Under the pieces are notes generated by a model, which was given only the letters and a program-made list of their open reading frames with translations, did not search any database and was not told the DNA's origin. DNA of 38,253 nt from an uncultured archaeon (lineage in GTDB: Archaea; Asgardarchaeota; Heimdallarchaeia; Heimdallarchaeales; Heimdallarchaeaceae): positions 1 to 38,253 of the forward strand of contig CAZHRF010000031.1 in the NCBI GenBank assembly GCA_964534625.1, written 5' to 3'. Every line of letters begins with the position of its first letter. Within the stretch, counting starts at the first letter, position 1. Positions 26,944-36,772 of this stretch are shown here, piece after piece. Both the position numbers and the translations under genes were made by a program.

Positions 26944-28230
26944 TTAATTTAGTTTTTCTCCTTCTTCCAAACTCATCAGAGTTAACCCCGAAATCATCTT
27001 AGGAAAGAAATCCGTGCTTTTTTGTGGCATCTTTTCATGATTTTTGGCTACAGATAGTACTTCTTCAGCTTTTGTTGAATTCAAAAGAAAAGCAACTTGA
27101 AGATCATCACTATCAATTTTTTTAACAGCTTCATTCCAGAATCGTATATAAAAAATATCTTCATCTATGTGCAAATCTTTCAAGTCCATTATACCTTTAA
27201 AAATCAGATCCCTTAAAATAACAACATTAAGATTTTTATATTCTTTACTAGTTGTTTCTGGCAAAAAGGGTAATTCTTCAGGTGATTTCTTTAACAAAAG
27301 CGACATGGCTTTTCCATCTTGATAATACACAAAAGCATGCATATCTTCATGTTTTTTAAGGAATTCAGGGATCTCTTTTTTAGTTATTTCTTTTATTTCA
27401 AAATATTTCTTGAATTCTTCTACATGTTTTTCTTCTACTTTTACTTTTGCTAATAATCGGTGTGTAGCCAAAACCTTTAAACCGTGATCTTCTATTGGAA
27501 CTAAATAGATCATTCTAAAATTAAATGCATCATCTTTATTCCACTGTTGTGCTTCTTCTCTACGCATATCTCTATATGTGCATGCTGTCTCATATCGGTG
27601 ATGTCCATCAGCTATTACTAACTGTTGATTTGCAAAAACAGTTTGAATTTGTTTGATTTTTTCTTTATCTTCTAATTTCCATATTTTATGAATATATCCG
27701 AAATCGTCCTTTGTTTCTATTATAGGCTTATCTTTTGTTATCTCATCAAAAATAGTGATAGTTAACATTTTAGGATCTGAATACAAAATGAATCCAGGTT
27801 CTAAGGTATGTTTGGTTTTTTTAAGCATGTTCAGTCTATCGATTTTAGGTTCTTTATGAGTCTTTTCATGGGGTAAAACAATATTTTCTTCAAAAGGGTG
27901 TAATCTTAACGCCCCAATAAAGCCTTTTCTTGTTAACCTTTCTCCATTGACATTAAATTCAACATAATAAACATAAAAACCAGCGGGTTTGTCTCTTTTC
28001 ATAATGTCTTCGTCTAACCAAGAATGAAGCCGGTTATTGGCAATTTCATATCTATTGCTTTCCTTTGGCAAAGTCAACCTACAAATGTTATATTCTGATA
28101 ATTTGTAGTAGTCATCTTGCATCTTAGAATCTATCTTATCATAAGGCTGTGCAATCAAATTGTCCATATTGCCTGCTTTCTTAGTATACCTGATTCCTTC
28201 AAACGGTTTTATATCTACCATAGTATCCAC
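26944..28230 (-). CDS. DUF1015 family protein
   Basis: IKPFEGIRY, QPYDKI, VLPHEKT, IADGHHRYETA, LATHR, KMPQKSTDFFPKMISGL. Confidence 0.93.
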   Translation of the reverse strand: MDTMVDIKPFEGIRYTKKAGNMDNLIAQPYDKIDSKMQDDYYKLSEYNICRLTLPKESNRYEIANNRLHSWLDEDIMKRDKPAGFYVYYVEFNVNGERLTRKGFIGALRLHPFEENIVLPHEKTHKEPKIDRLNMLKKTKHTLEPGFILYSDPKMLTITIFDEITKDKPIIETKDDFGYIHKIWKLEDKEKIKQIQTVFANQQLVIADGHHRYETACTYRDMRREEAQQWNKDDAFNFRMIYLVPIEDHGLKVLATHRLLAKVKVEEKHVEEFKKYFEIKEITKKEIPEFLKKHEDMHAFVYYQDGKAMSLLLKKSPEELPFLPETTSKEYKNLNVVILRDLIFKGIMDLKDLHIDEDIFYIRFWNEAVKKIDSDDLQVAFLLNSTKAEEVLSVAKNHEKMPQKSTDFFPKMISGLTLMSLEEGEKLN

Positions 28231-28351
28231 CTTTTTTTCTTGTTAAAAGAAAAGCATTATTTAGATTATTTAATTTTATCCTCAGACTATAAAACAAAAA
28301 GAGATTAAAAAAGTCTACAAACCCCGTATTAGGCTCAGATCAAACACTTAA

Positions 28352-28987
28352 TTACACACGTATTTGATTTTTAGCTTTTTGCTCTTGTTGGTCCAGTAAT
28401 TCTTGGAACCAGTTTTCTTCAACTTGAATTTCATTAAACCATTTTATTGATTTTTCATAATTTTTTAGCTTTCTATTTAGTTCTCCTATTAGATACTTAC
28501 ATTTGTTTTTTTCTTCTTCATCAATGAAATTATTAACATCTAAGCTAATCTCAAAATAGGTTAATGCTTGCTTACGATATTTTTCTCTCAAGTGGGGAAT
28601 TTTTTTATCATCAGCTATCCATGAAGCTTTCAAATATGATTTAGCAATTGTATAGGCTTCAATAGCTAACAATTCATATACTTTAGCTGTTAGTTCATAT
28701 TTTTCATAGTATGCCAATTCTGTAATCTCTTTGTCTTTCAAATACTGATTTAAGAATGAACGTATTCTTGCCTTTTGTTCATCAGTTAATATTTGCGAAT
28801 GGAAATAATCGGTGAATCCGCATCTAGGACATGTATGCAATTCATAATACAAAGGATCTGGACCAAGCATTTTTTCTCTTAATTCATCATTTTTAATGCC
28901 TACAGGTATATGCTCGAAACATGCTTCACTCTTAAATGAGTTGCCACATAAGGAACAAATGTATACTGTATCAGCTAGTTTCGTCAT
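28352..28987 (-). CDS. DUF2225-like zinc-binding/TPR protein
   Basis: CSLC...PLYYELHTCPRCGF, YLKASW, YLIGELNRKLKNYEKSIKWF. Confidence 0.85.
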   Translation of the reverse strand: MTKLADTVYICSLCGNSFKSEACFEHIPVGIKNDELREKMLGPDPLYYELHTCPRCGFTDYFHSQILTDEQKARIRSFLNQYLKDKEITELAYYEKYELTAKVYELLAIEAYTIAKSYLKASWIADDKKIPHLREKYRKQALTYFEISLDVNNFIDEEEKNKCKYLIGELNRKLKNYEKSIKWFNEIQVEENWFQELLDQQEQKAKNQIRV

Positions 28988-29125
28988 AATTTTGTCTACC
29001 GCCTAAGTATACTATTTACCATATATATGTTTTTTCTTTTTACAATAAATATATAAAAAACAACAGGTGCTTTACCATTCTTCAAAACGCTTTCAAAATA
29101 ATTTTATATATCATTTAAGAACTAA

Positions 29126-30184
29126 GTGCATATGAAAGTTGCGTTAGTAGGGTTGGGGGCTATTGGATCGGTGATAGCTGCTGATATAGCCAAAAAAGGC
29201 CAAGACATTTATGTTGTTTGTAAACATCAGAAAACACTTGAAACAGTTAAATCTCAAGGGATCAAAGTATCTGGTGTTCATGGGGATTATATAGTTAAAG
29301 ATAATATCAAGCCAGTATTGACTATAGAAGATTTGCCAAATGGATTAGAGGTTATTCTTTTAATCACCAAATTACCCGATGCAGAAGAGGCAGTTCTTAG
29401 GATTAAAACAAAATTAGCACAAGAGTATTCTTTTTTGAATATGACAAATGGCATGTTTGAAGAACGGTTAACAAAACTATTAGAACCCAGTAATGTGGTT
29501 GGATGCGTAGTAAGTTTTGCTGCCACCATGGTTAAGCCAGGTGAATCGATTAAAACATCTGAAGGAGAAATAGTAATAGGTAGATTCGATACACCAAGGA
29601 AACAGATTGATGACACACTCATTTCTCTATTGTCTTCAACTGTCCCAACAAAGTATGCTGATAATATAAAAGGATACAAATATACAAAACTAATGATTAA
29701 TGCAGTTGTTGCTTCTTTTGGCGTTATTAGCGGTGAAAAATTAGGATTTATGGTGAAACGTAAAGAAACCAGATTAGCCTTTCTTACTGTTGTTACGGAA
29801 GGGATCAAAGTTGGAAAAAAAATGGGTATTCAATTCCAAAAATTGAATGGATTACATATTCCCTTTCTCGCTATTGAAGAAAAACATGTTAAAAGATTTT
29901 CAATAGCAATGTGGCTGAAAAATATGATTATCCAGTTTATTGGAAGAAAATTTAAAGGTCAACGTTCCTCTAGCTTACGTTCTCTTGAAAGGGGGAGACA
30001 AACTGAAATAGCATATTTAAATGGATACATTGTACAAAAAGCGCAACAATATGGAATAGATGTACCACTTAACGAATATATAGTAAACTATGTTAAAACC
30101 ATAGAAGAACAGGAAAACCAATCGTCTATCGAATCATTAGAAAAATTAGAAATGAAAACAAGAGAAATATGGGATCTGACCTAA
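29126..30184 (+). CDS. panE: 2-dehydropantoate 2-reductase (PanE/ApbA family)
   Basis: GLGAIG, TNG, catalytic K in YTKLMINA, SSSLRSLERGRQTEIAYLNGYIV. Confidence 0.88.
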   Translation: MHMKVALVGLGAIGSVIAADIAKKGQDIYVVCKHQKTLETVKSQGIKVSGVHGDYIVKDNIKPVLTIEDLPNGLEVILLITKLPDAEEAVLRIKTKLAQEYSFLNMTNGMFEERLTKLLEPSNVVGCVVSFAATMVKPGESIKTSEGEIVIGRFDTPRKQIDDTLISLLSSTVPTKYADNIKGYKYTKLMINAVVASFGVISGEKLGFMVKRKETRLAFLTVVTEGIKVGKKMGIQFQKLNGLHIPFLAIEEKHVKRFSIAMWLKNMIIQFIGRKFKGQRSSSLRSLERGRQTEIAYLNGYIVQKAQQYGIDVPLNEYIVNYVKTIEEQENQSSIESLEKLEMKTREIWDLT

Positions 30185-31053
30185 TCATTTTCCAAATGTT
30201 CAACCGCACAATTATACCATTTTTCTAGTGTGGCTTTTTTCCAGCTTTTTCTGCTTGGGGGATAATACTCTATATTATCTGCTGCTTTGATTATCTCCTC
30301 TTTTTCCATACCCTCAGCTATATGATCTTCCATTAAAGAAAGCACTTCCTTCAAATAAGCCAAAAATTTTTCTACTTCTTCACTTCCAGAAACAGGTCCA
30401 TGCCCAGGGATATAGTACTCTACATCCAAAGAAAGATATTCTTCTAGTGCTTGTATCCACGCATAAGGATCGGCAGTTTCAGCTCCACCCCATGGAAAAC
30501 TTTCATTAAAGAGATTATCTCCCGCAACTAATATTTTATAATTTGGACAATACACATAACTCGATCCTGATGTATGCCCACCTGTTCGTTTTACAAGGAC
30601 AGTTATATTTTCATCTATTAATTCATACTCTTCTTCGAATGTTTCATCCGCTAAAACAATTTTTAATTCATTTAATGCTTGAGGATCTTCAGAATTTGCT
30701 ATCCATTCTTGAATATTTTCTGGTGTCCACTCCTTTTCTTTAGCTTTTTTCATCGCCTCATGATTATGGAATGAAGTAATTATTCTGCAATCTTCAAAAA
30801 TTTGATTGCCAAAAACGTGATCACCATGTTCATGTGTAATAAATAATATTGAGGCGTCCTTATCTGCTTGCGCTTCAACATACTCTCGAAATTCCTTCAT
30901 TTTAGGAATATCCATTCCAGTATCAATGAAAATACATTGATTAGGGAGTATTAATGCTGTTATATTACCTCGCGTACTGCCATCTGTCACGCTGTAAACA
31001 TTTTCAGTTATCTTTTCTATTATCATCTTGATTAATAACTCGTAAATTATCAT
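30181..31053 (-). CDS. MBL-fold metallo-hydrolase (cyclase-like)
   Basis: IDTG, THEHGDHVFGN, GGHT, AGD, IPGHG. Confidence 0.93.
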   Translation of the reverse strand: MIIYELLIKMIIEKITENVYSVTDGSTRGNITALILPNQCIFIDTGMDIPKMKEFREYVEAQADKDASILFITHEHGDHVFGNQIFEDCRIITSFHNHEAMKKAKEKEWTPENIQEWIANSEDPQALNELKIVLADETFEEEYELIDENITVLVKRTGGHTSGSSYVYCPNYKILVAGDNLFNESFPWGGAETADPYAWIQALEEYLSLDVEYYIPGHGPVSGSEEVEKFLAYLKEVLSLMEDHIAEGMEKEEIIKAADNIEYYPPSRKSWKKATLEKWYNCAVEHLEND

Positions 31054-31287
31054 TTAAAGTTTACTAATTTTACTCTGCTGCTATGATTTCAACCATTAAA
31101 TAGGTAAAGATGTGTTCTAAATTGATAAAGTCTTGAATTTTACGTTTATTTGAAAGTACTATTATTTAATGTGGGTAATCTATGATAAAAGAACTAGTAT
31201 TGTTTTTGATTAGAAAAAAAACAAATGTTGAGGATGGGGCACGTACTTAGAATATGTTTTTAAATTGGTTCTATCATTAATATCTTA

Positions 31288-32415
31288 ATGGATTTAGTTA
31301 GAGTTATTGCAATAATCATATCTGGGATATTACTAGTGTTATTTTATATTATTTATATTAAAAGTAAAAGATTAGAAGTTGATATTAACTTTATTCTATT
31401 AGCATTATTATTTTCTTCTTTAGGTAATATAGGGGCTATTCTCCCTAATAATATTTCAAATAGAATTGGATCAATTATAATGGGTATTGGCTTTATTTTT
31501 ATTTATTTTCACTATGAAAGAATTGCGAGAGCCGAACCAAATTTGTTGATAATCAGTACTCTTTTTATGTTTTTTGCAGCAAGTGTCATTTTAGATTTAA
31601 AAATGATTTTCTTCTTTTTAACTCCAGAAGGAAAAAATTATCCTCTTGTTTTCTCTCCAAATATCAACGTGTTAGAGTTAGAATATAACATGAAATTTTC
31701 ACTTATGGTATCTTTTAATCTTTACATCTTAATTTCTTTAATTGTTTTAGTACAAGCTATTATTATTATGATTAAGATCAATAAAAGATCACCCAATAGA
31801 GCAACAATAATGGAATTAACTGGTTTACTTTTTCTTTTAGTTTATCGTTCTACCTTTGGATTTAGGTTTATTATTCCTTTTGAACAAATCCAAGTATTGT
31901 ATTTGATTGCTTTAACGACTGCAGTAATCGGTATTATTTGTATAATTGCCACCTATTTGTTTCATCCTGATTACTTGTATTTATTGCCTTTCCCTATTCA
32001 TTCTTTTATGATCTATAATGAGAATGGTGTACTTTCTTACTTCAAAGAAGTTGAGACAAAGGAATATTTTGGTGAGGTTAAAGGGTTGTTGATGAGTGGG
32101 GCTTTTACAGCAATAGGCGGTATTGTTGAAGAATCCCTTGGAACAGAAGCTAAAATTCAGCATATAAATGCACAAAAATTTCAAATATTTTTTAACAAAA
32201 TCGGTAAAAATCAAGGAAATTTAGTGGTTATAGCGTTAGGTAATACAGCGTTATTCAAAAAATCCTTAAAAAGATTTATCTCAACTATGGATCCTCCTTT
32301 AATTAAAAAAATTAATTCAGATTTTGTAGATCTTGATTCAATAGAACCAGAAATAGAACATCATATACAAGTATGTTTTCCATATATTAAACTAAAAAGT
32401 GTGATCCCCAATTAA
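31288..32415 (+). CDS. 7-TM membrane protein with C-terminal longin-like domain
   Basis: Seven hydrophobic segments, then PDYLYLLPFPIHSFMIYNENGVLSY...LLMSGAFTAIGGIVEESLG...IQHI...IFF...LVVIA, the longin beta-beta-alpha-beta-beta-beta-alpha-alpha pattern. Confidence 0.75.
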   Translation: MDLVRVIAIIISGILLVLFYIIYIKSKRLEVDINFILLALLFSSLGNIGAILPNNISNRIGSIIMGIGFIFIYFHYERIARAEPNLLIISTLFMFFAASVILDLKMIFFFLTPEGKNYPLVFSPNINVLELEYNMKFSLMVSFNLYILISLIVLVQAIIIMIKINKRSPNRATIMELTGLLFLLVYRSTFGFRFIIPFEQIQVLYLIALTTAVIGIICIIATYLFHPDYLYLLPFPIHSFMIYNENGVLSYFKEVETKEYFGEVKGLLMSGAFTAIGGIVEESLGTEAKIQHINAQKFQIFFNKIGKNQGNLVVIALGNTALFKKSLKRFISTMDPPLIKKINSDFVDLDSIEPEIEHHIQVCFPYIKLKSVIPN

Positions 32416-32636
32416 AGTTTTTTTTTGCTATTGTCTTTATTAAGTGTCTTTTATCTCCTTCTACTTTTTTTTGGACCTAGTGGAAGCGCAACTGGAAGAA
32501 TAATTCAAGCAGTAGGACAAAAAATAATTGTGTATAGTGAAACTATCACTTTTTTTATTCAGGGTATAGGTTTACTACATATTAAAGATGATGATAAGGA
32601 AAAAAATAAAAGATAAAGTACTACTAATTATTATGA

Positions 32637-32805
32637 ATCAAAGCGTTTATAAAAGGACATCAGTAGCTATAATCATAAGTAAATACGTAGGTAGTTAAGG
32701 TTTATTGTTTCACAAGCATTTCAAACATTTCAACTTCTTTTACGAATTTTATTTATAAGAAATCACACTCTTTAAAGTGAAAAAATACCAAGGAGGTAAA
32801 CGAAT
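32637..32805 (+). promoter_or_regulatory. Promoter (BRE/TATA) and long 5' leader of csp copy 1
   Basis: ATCAAAGCGTTTATAAA (TATA 32646-32653), about 150 nt upstream of the ATG. SD AAGGAGGT. Blocks are shared with the csp copy 2 upstream region. Confidence 0.65.
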
Positions 32806-33006
32806 ATGCAAGGAACAATCAAAAAGATTATTGGTCATAAAGGCTATGGCTTTATTGAAACAAATGAAAATGACGAAGATATTTTCTTTCATCGTACAAC
32901 TGTAAAAGGTTCATTTGATGATCTAAAAGAAGGCGATGCAGTAGAATTTTCTATCGAGCAGTCATTCAAAGGCCCACAAGCTACAGGCGTCTCATTAATT
33001 AATTAA
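32806..33006 (+). CDS. csp: Cold-shock domain protein
   Basis: RNP1 KGYGFI, RNP2 DIFFH, LKEGDAVEF, KGPQA. Confidence 0.95.
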   Translation: MQGTIKKIIGHKGYGFIETNENDEDIFFHRTTVKGSFDDLKEGDAVEFSIEQSFKGPQATGVSLIN

Positions 33007-33046
33007 AATATAGTCTCAACAGTTAAAAATTATAATATAATAAATA

Positions 33047-33080
33047 TTAACCCTCAAAAAAGGGGGTTAACAACTTTTTT
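33047..33080 (+). terminator. Hairpin + T-tract downstream of csp copy 1
   Basis: TTAACCCTC-AAAAAA-GGGGGTTAA (9-bp stem with one G-U pair) followed by CAACTTTTTT. Confidence 0.55.
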
Positions 33081-33441
33081 CATAATTCAAAATCATTATT
33101 TTTATTACCAATTTAATTCCAAAAAAAAGGGGGTGTTGCTTCTACACACCATATAGAATTTAAAAAACATATTTAACATATAGGTGAAATTTATGCAAAT
33201 CATTTTAGACAAAATTTCCTATTGGATATCTAAGGCTATTTGCAGCTAAAGATTTTCATCGTAATCCTCCTGAAATGTAATAATTTCAGAATGAAGATCA
33301 CGAAACGAGGAATATTAAAGGTAACAAAGACAAAACTGAGATGGCTACTCAGAGATATAGATACACAATTATGGTGTAAGAGGTCTTTTTAGTTTATTAA
33401 ACCCACACTTTTTCGAAATAGTTTAGAAAACCATAGTATCT

Positions 33442-33604
33442 ATCAAAGCATTTATATAGCAACTTTACTTCAGAATCATGTAAATATACATAGTCAAGGT
33501 ACAAGGTTGTTGTTTTCAAATTAAATTTCAAACGTTAAATTATTTTGAACCATGCTTCTTGTTTTTGCTAGGTTATTTATAAAATACCAAGGAGGTAAAC
33601 TCAC
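33442..33604 (+). promoter_or_regulatory. Promoter (BRE/TATA) and long 5' leader of csp copy 2
   Basis: ATCAAAGCATTTATATA (TATA 33451-33458), AATCAT, ATTTCAAAC, AAAATACCAAGGAGGTAAAC, all shared with copy 1. Confidence 0.65.
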
Positions 33605-33802
33605 ATGCAAGGAACTATTAAAAAAATTATTGGCAGTAAAGGATATGGTTTCATTAGCTCAGACGAGTATGATGATGACATCTTTTTCCACCGCTCAGCA
33701 TCAGCTAATTTTGATGATCTTCGTGAAGGAGATTTAGTCGAATTTACTGTTGAAGTTACATTTAAAGGCCCACAGGCTAATGATTTAACTCGTGTTGAAT
33801 AA
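33605..33802 (+). CDS. csp: Cold-shock domain protein
   Basis: KGYGFI, DIFFH, LREGDLVEF, KGPQA. Close paralog of 32806-33006. Confidence 0.95.
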   Translation: MQGTIKKIIGSKGYGFISSDEYDDDIFFHRSASANFDDLREGDLVEFTVEVTFKGPQANDLTRVE

Positions 33803-34003
33803 ACAGATTAAATTATCTATTTACTATTAAAAGTAATATATAAACAGCATAACCTAACAGTTATGAATTTATCCCTTTTTTCCTTTACTTCTTTTCTCTC
33901 TTGTATGTTTATTTATTTCACTGTCTTACTAGACTTGTTTATTTTCCCGAGCTTTTAAATATTATCTAACTTCTTACTATTTGATTCTCTAGGTGAGTTA
34001 TCT

Positions 34004-34222
34004 ATGCAAGGCAAGATAAAGAATTTACACAAAGAACAAGGTTATGGTATTATCGAAACTTTTGAGCGTAAGGTTAAAGGAGAAGAGGTCATTTTTTATC
34101 AATCTGATACTAGTGGTCATTTTGATAAATTGGCTGTTGGTGATACTGTGGAATTTTTACTTGAGATTAAAGATAATGGACTGTTTGCTAAAAATGTCAG
34201 ATTATTAGTTGCTCCCGAATAA
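34004..34222 (+). CDS. Divergent cold-shock domain protein
   Basis: MQGKIK, QGYGIIE, EVIFYQS (degenerate RNP2), LAVGDTVEF, GLFAKNV. SD AGGTGA. Confidence 0.85.
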   Translation: MQGKIKNLHKEQGYGIIETFERKVKGEEVIFYQSDTSGHFDKLAVGDTVEFLLEIKDNGLFAKNVRLLVAPE

Positions 34223-34340
34223 TTTATTTTTAATCCTTTTTATGTGTCAATCAAAATCATTATTTTTTTTGTCAGAGTAACAAACTTTTTTTGTAACATA
34301 TCATATTATACTTCTAAGAGTTGTTGGGAAGTGCGATAAT

Positions 34341-35237
34341 ATGTTAATATTAGATTTGATTCTTACTTTACAGTTGATTGATTGGGTTGCTATTACTATC
34401 ACATTCATTATTCTTTTTGGACTTATTGCTTACTTTATCTACGAATATAGAGACGCCCAATCATGTCGTAATGTTAATCCTTCTGCGCAAAAGATAACTT
34501 TTTGGCGTATTAATTTGTATGGTTCTGTGTATTCTGGATGGTTAATTGCTATTTTTACTTTTACTTTAAATTCTGGTATTCGTTTTGTTTTTTGGTTCTC
34601 TTTCCTTGCCATGATGGTTTACAACTTTTTTATTAGCTGGCCAGCATGGATCTGTAAACAAGTAGGACACGGAGACATCTGCAATTGTGATTTTTATGAG
34701 CATTATGATCTTGCCCCGATGTTTACACTTGGATTAGTTGGAACCTTTGTTTTAGCTTTTCTTGGTTTAGTAGATGGGTTATCCACATGGTTAACCCTTG
34801 TAGGTTTATTTATTATTTCTCTAGGAGTTTTATTCTTATTACCTGAAAAAAAGAAAAAAGCACTAGTTGTACCAGAAAAAATAAGATTAGATAATATTGA
34901 TCAACTTCTGGAATTTATTGAGTTTAACCCCAAAAGACCAATGTTCATATTTGTCGTGGGGCAAAATTGCGATTTTTGTATGAACCAAATTACTGAATTA
35001 GAGAGAATTATAGACGATATAATTAATAATGCTCGAGTGCTATTTCTCGAAGACATTCAGGATAATGAGTTATTTAGATTCTTGTTAAACATCGATTTAG
35101 ATCAAATTAATCCTCCATTAGTAATTTATCTTAATGAGGGGCAAATAATCGATTATGTTGAAAAGATATTAACAGCAGAAGAGATACTACAAAAAATCAA
35201 GCATTATCCAAAAGATGGAAACAAATTAACACTATAA
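34341..35237 (+). CDS. Membrane protein with C-terminal thioredoxin-fold domain (CxxC)
   Basis: About 5 TM segments with loop cysteines (QSCR, WICK, ICNCD), then MFIFVVGQNCDFC...NPPLVIYLNEGQII. Confidence 0.75.
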   Translation: MLILDLILTLQLIDWVAITITFIILFGLIAYFIYEYRDAQSCRNVNPSAQKITFWRINLYGSVYSGWLIAIFTFTLNSGIRFVFWFSFLAMMVYNFFISWPAWICKQVGHGDICNCDFYEHYDLAPMFTLGLVGTFVLAFLGLVDGLSTWLTLVGLFIISLGVLFLLPEKKKKALVVPEKIRLDNIDQLLEFIEFNPKRPMFIFVVGQNCDFCMNQITELERIIDDIINNARVLFLEDIQDNELFRFLLNIDLDQINPPLVIYLNEGQIIDYVEKILTAEEILQKIKHYPKDGNKLTL

Positions 35238-35426
35238 TCGGATTAAAATTTAAAGAGTTAGAGTAACTCCTTTATAAACTGTACATTTTTTACTCAAACG
35301 TGGTCACTAAATAAATTAAAGCAAACAAGTAAACACACGCATACTCAGTTATTCTTTGTCAAGTTTTATCCAATGAATCAATTTTCATATTAAATCTTTA
35401 AATACAAGAGAGTAAAATAATATATT

Positions 35427-36698
35427 ATGACTGAAGATTCATCAAAAAAGAAAAATCGAATTACTTTTTTAGGTATACTCGGAATTGGTTTGACTACAGT
35501 TATTGGCTCAGGGATTTGGAGAGATGGTTTAACCTGGCCTCACTATGCTGGTATTACTGCAATTATAGCTATTCTTATTAGTTGGTTACTTATGATGACA
35601 GCTGGTTTAGCCTTTGCAGAATGTGTGAGTATGTTTCCCAAATCAGGAGGTCCCTATTCCTATGTAGGAGGTGCAATAAACAAGACATGGGGAAGAATTG
35701 TTGGGATCCTATATATTGTGGGTTACTTCTTTATTACTGTAATATTAGGTTTTCTAACTGCTCTATTTACTTTTATTACGCTGGGCATCCAACAAGATAT
35801 ATGGTTAACTGTGTTGACAGTAGTTTATATTGTCATATTTGGAATTCTTGCAGGCATATCCCCTCCTAGGACATTTGGACATGTTTCGTTTGTTTGGGCT
35901 AGCATCAAAATACTATTACTTGTCATCGTAGGAACACTTGCCTTGATTAATGGAAACACAGCCAATTTTACAGCAGGTACATTAACATGGGATAGTTTTC
36001 AAACAGCTATATATAGTTCAATATTTGCTTTGCTTGGTTTTGAAGTGATATTGATTTTTGCAGGAGAAGTAGAGAAAAATGACGAAGGAATAAAAAGCAA
36101 ACGCAAATTACCTTTGGGTATTATATTTTCGCTTATGATCATATTGTTTGTTTATATATATTTCACTCTTGGTGGTGCAAGTCTTGTGCAAATAGGCGCT
36201 TTAGATGACCCAAATGATACAATAGCTGTATTAGCCTTTTTATCAGAACAAACAGGTATTTCTTTAAGAATAATTTCTTTGTTCGCAGCTATATCTGCAG
36301 GCGGCACTTTATACTCACTTCAAGCTGTTTCAATTCACCAATTGAGGGTCATGGCGAGAGATGAGAGTCTTCCTAAATTATTCGCAAAAACAAAAAACGA
36401 TATCTACTATGCTAATGTTGTAGTGATAACAACTATAACAGCAGCAATGGGCGGTTTGATGATGGGATTATTACCAATCTATGGTGGCCCAATAATTGAT
36501 TTTTATGGTTTTATCGGTATAGGATTAGTTCTACTTTCATCTATGATACCTGCTGGGATCATTGCTCTTTATTTAAGGATCAAGATGCCCATCCTTGACA
36601 GACCATTTAAGACCCCAATATATTATATCATTTTTCCGCTTTCAATCTTATTAGGATTGTTTCTTTTTATTTTAAACCTATTATCATTTTTAGCATAG
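35427..36698 (+). CDS. APC-superfamily amino acid permease
   Basis: VIGSGIW, FAECVSMFPKSGGPYSYV, FALLGFE...AGEV, MARDESLPKLF, RPFKTP; about 12 TM. Confidence 0.92.
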   Translation: MTEDSSKKKNRITFLGILGIGLTTVIGSGIWRDGLTWPHYAGITAIIAILISWLLMMTAGLAFAECVSMFPKSGGPYSYVGGAINKTWGRIVGILYIVGYFFITVILGFLTALFTFITLGIQQDIWLTVLTVVYIVIFGILAGISPPRTFGHVSFVWASIKILLLVIVGTLALINGNTANFTAGTLTWDSFQTAIYSSIFALLGFEVILIFAGEVEKNDEGIKSKRKLPLGIIFSLMIILFVYIYFTLGGASLVQIGALDDPNDTIAVLAFLSEQTGISLRIISLFAAISAGGTLYSLQAVSIHQLRVMARDESLPKLFAKTKNDIYYANVVVITTITAAMGGLMMGLLPIYGGPIIDFYGFIGIGLVLLSSMIPAGIIALYLRIKMPILDRPFKTPIYYIIFPLSILLGLFLFILNLLSFLA

Positions 36699-36772
36699 GT
36701 TTTTCTCTTTTTTTGTTTTTTCTCTCTCAAAAGAGATAAATATTAATAAATAATAACATATTTCGAGTACTT

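Noticed and set aside
32425-32616. 63-aa hydrophobic ORF
   Set aside because: TTG start lies inside the T-tract terminator of the upstream gene, with no SD or motif.
33182-33379. SD (AGGTGA) + ATG at 33193 between csp genes, possible small protein or decayed gene
   Set aside because: The ORF is only 18 codons and the neighbouring frames show no recognisable homology.
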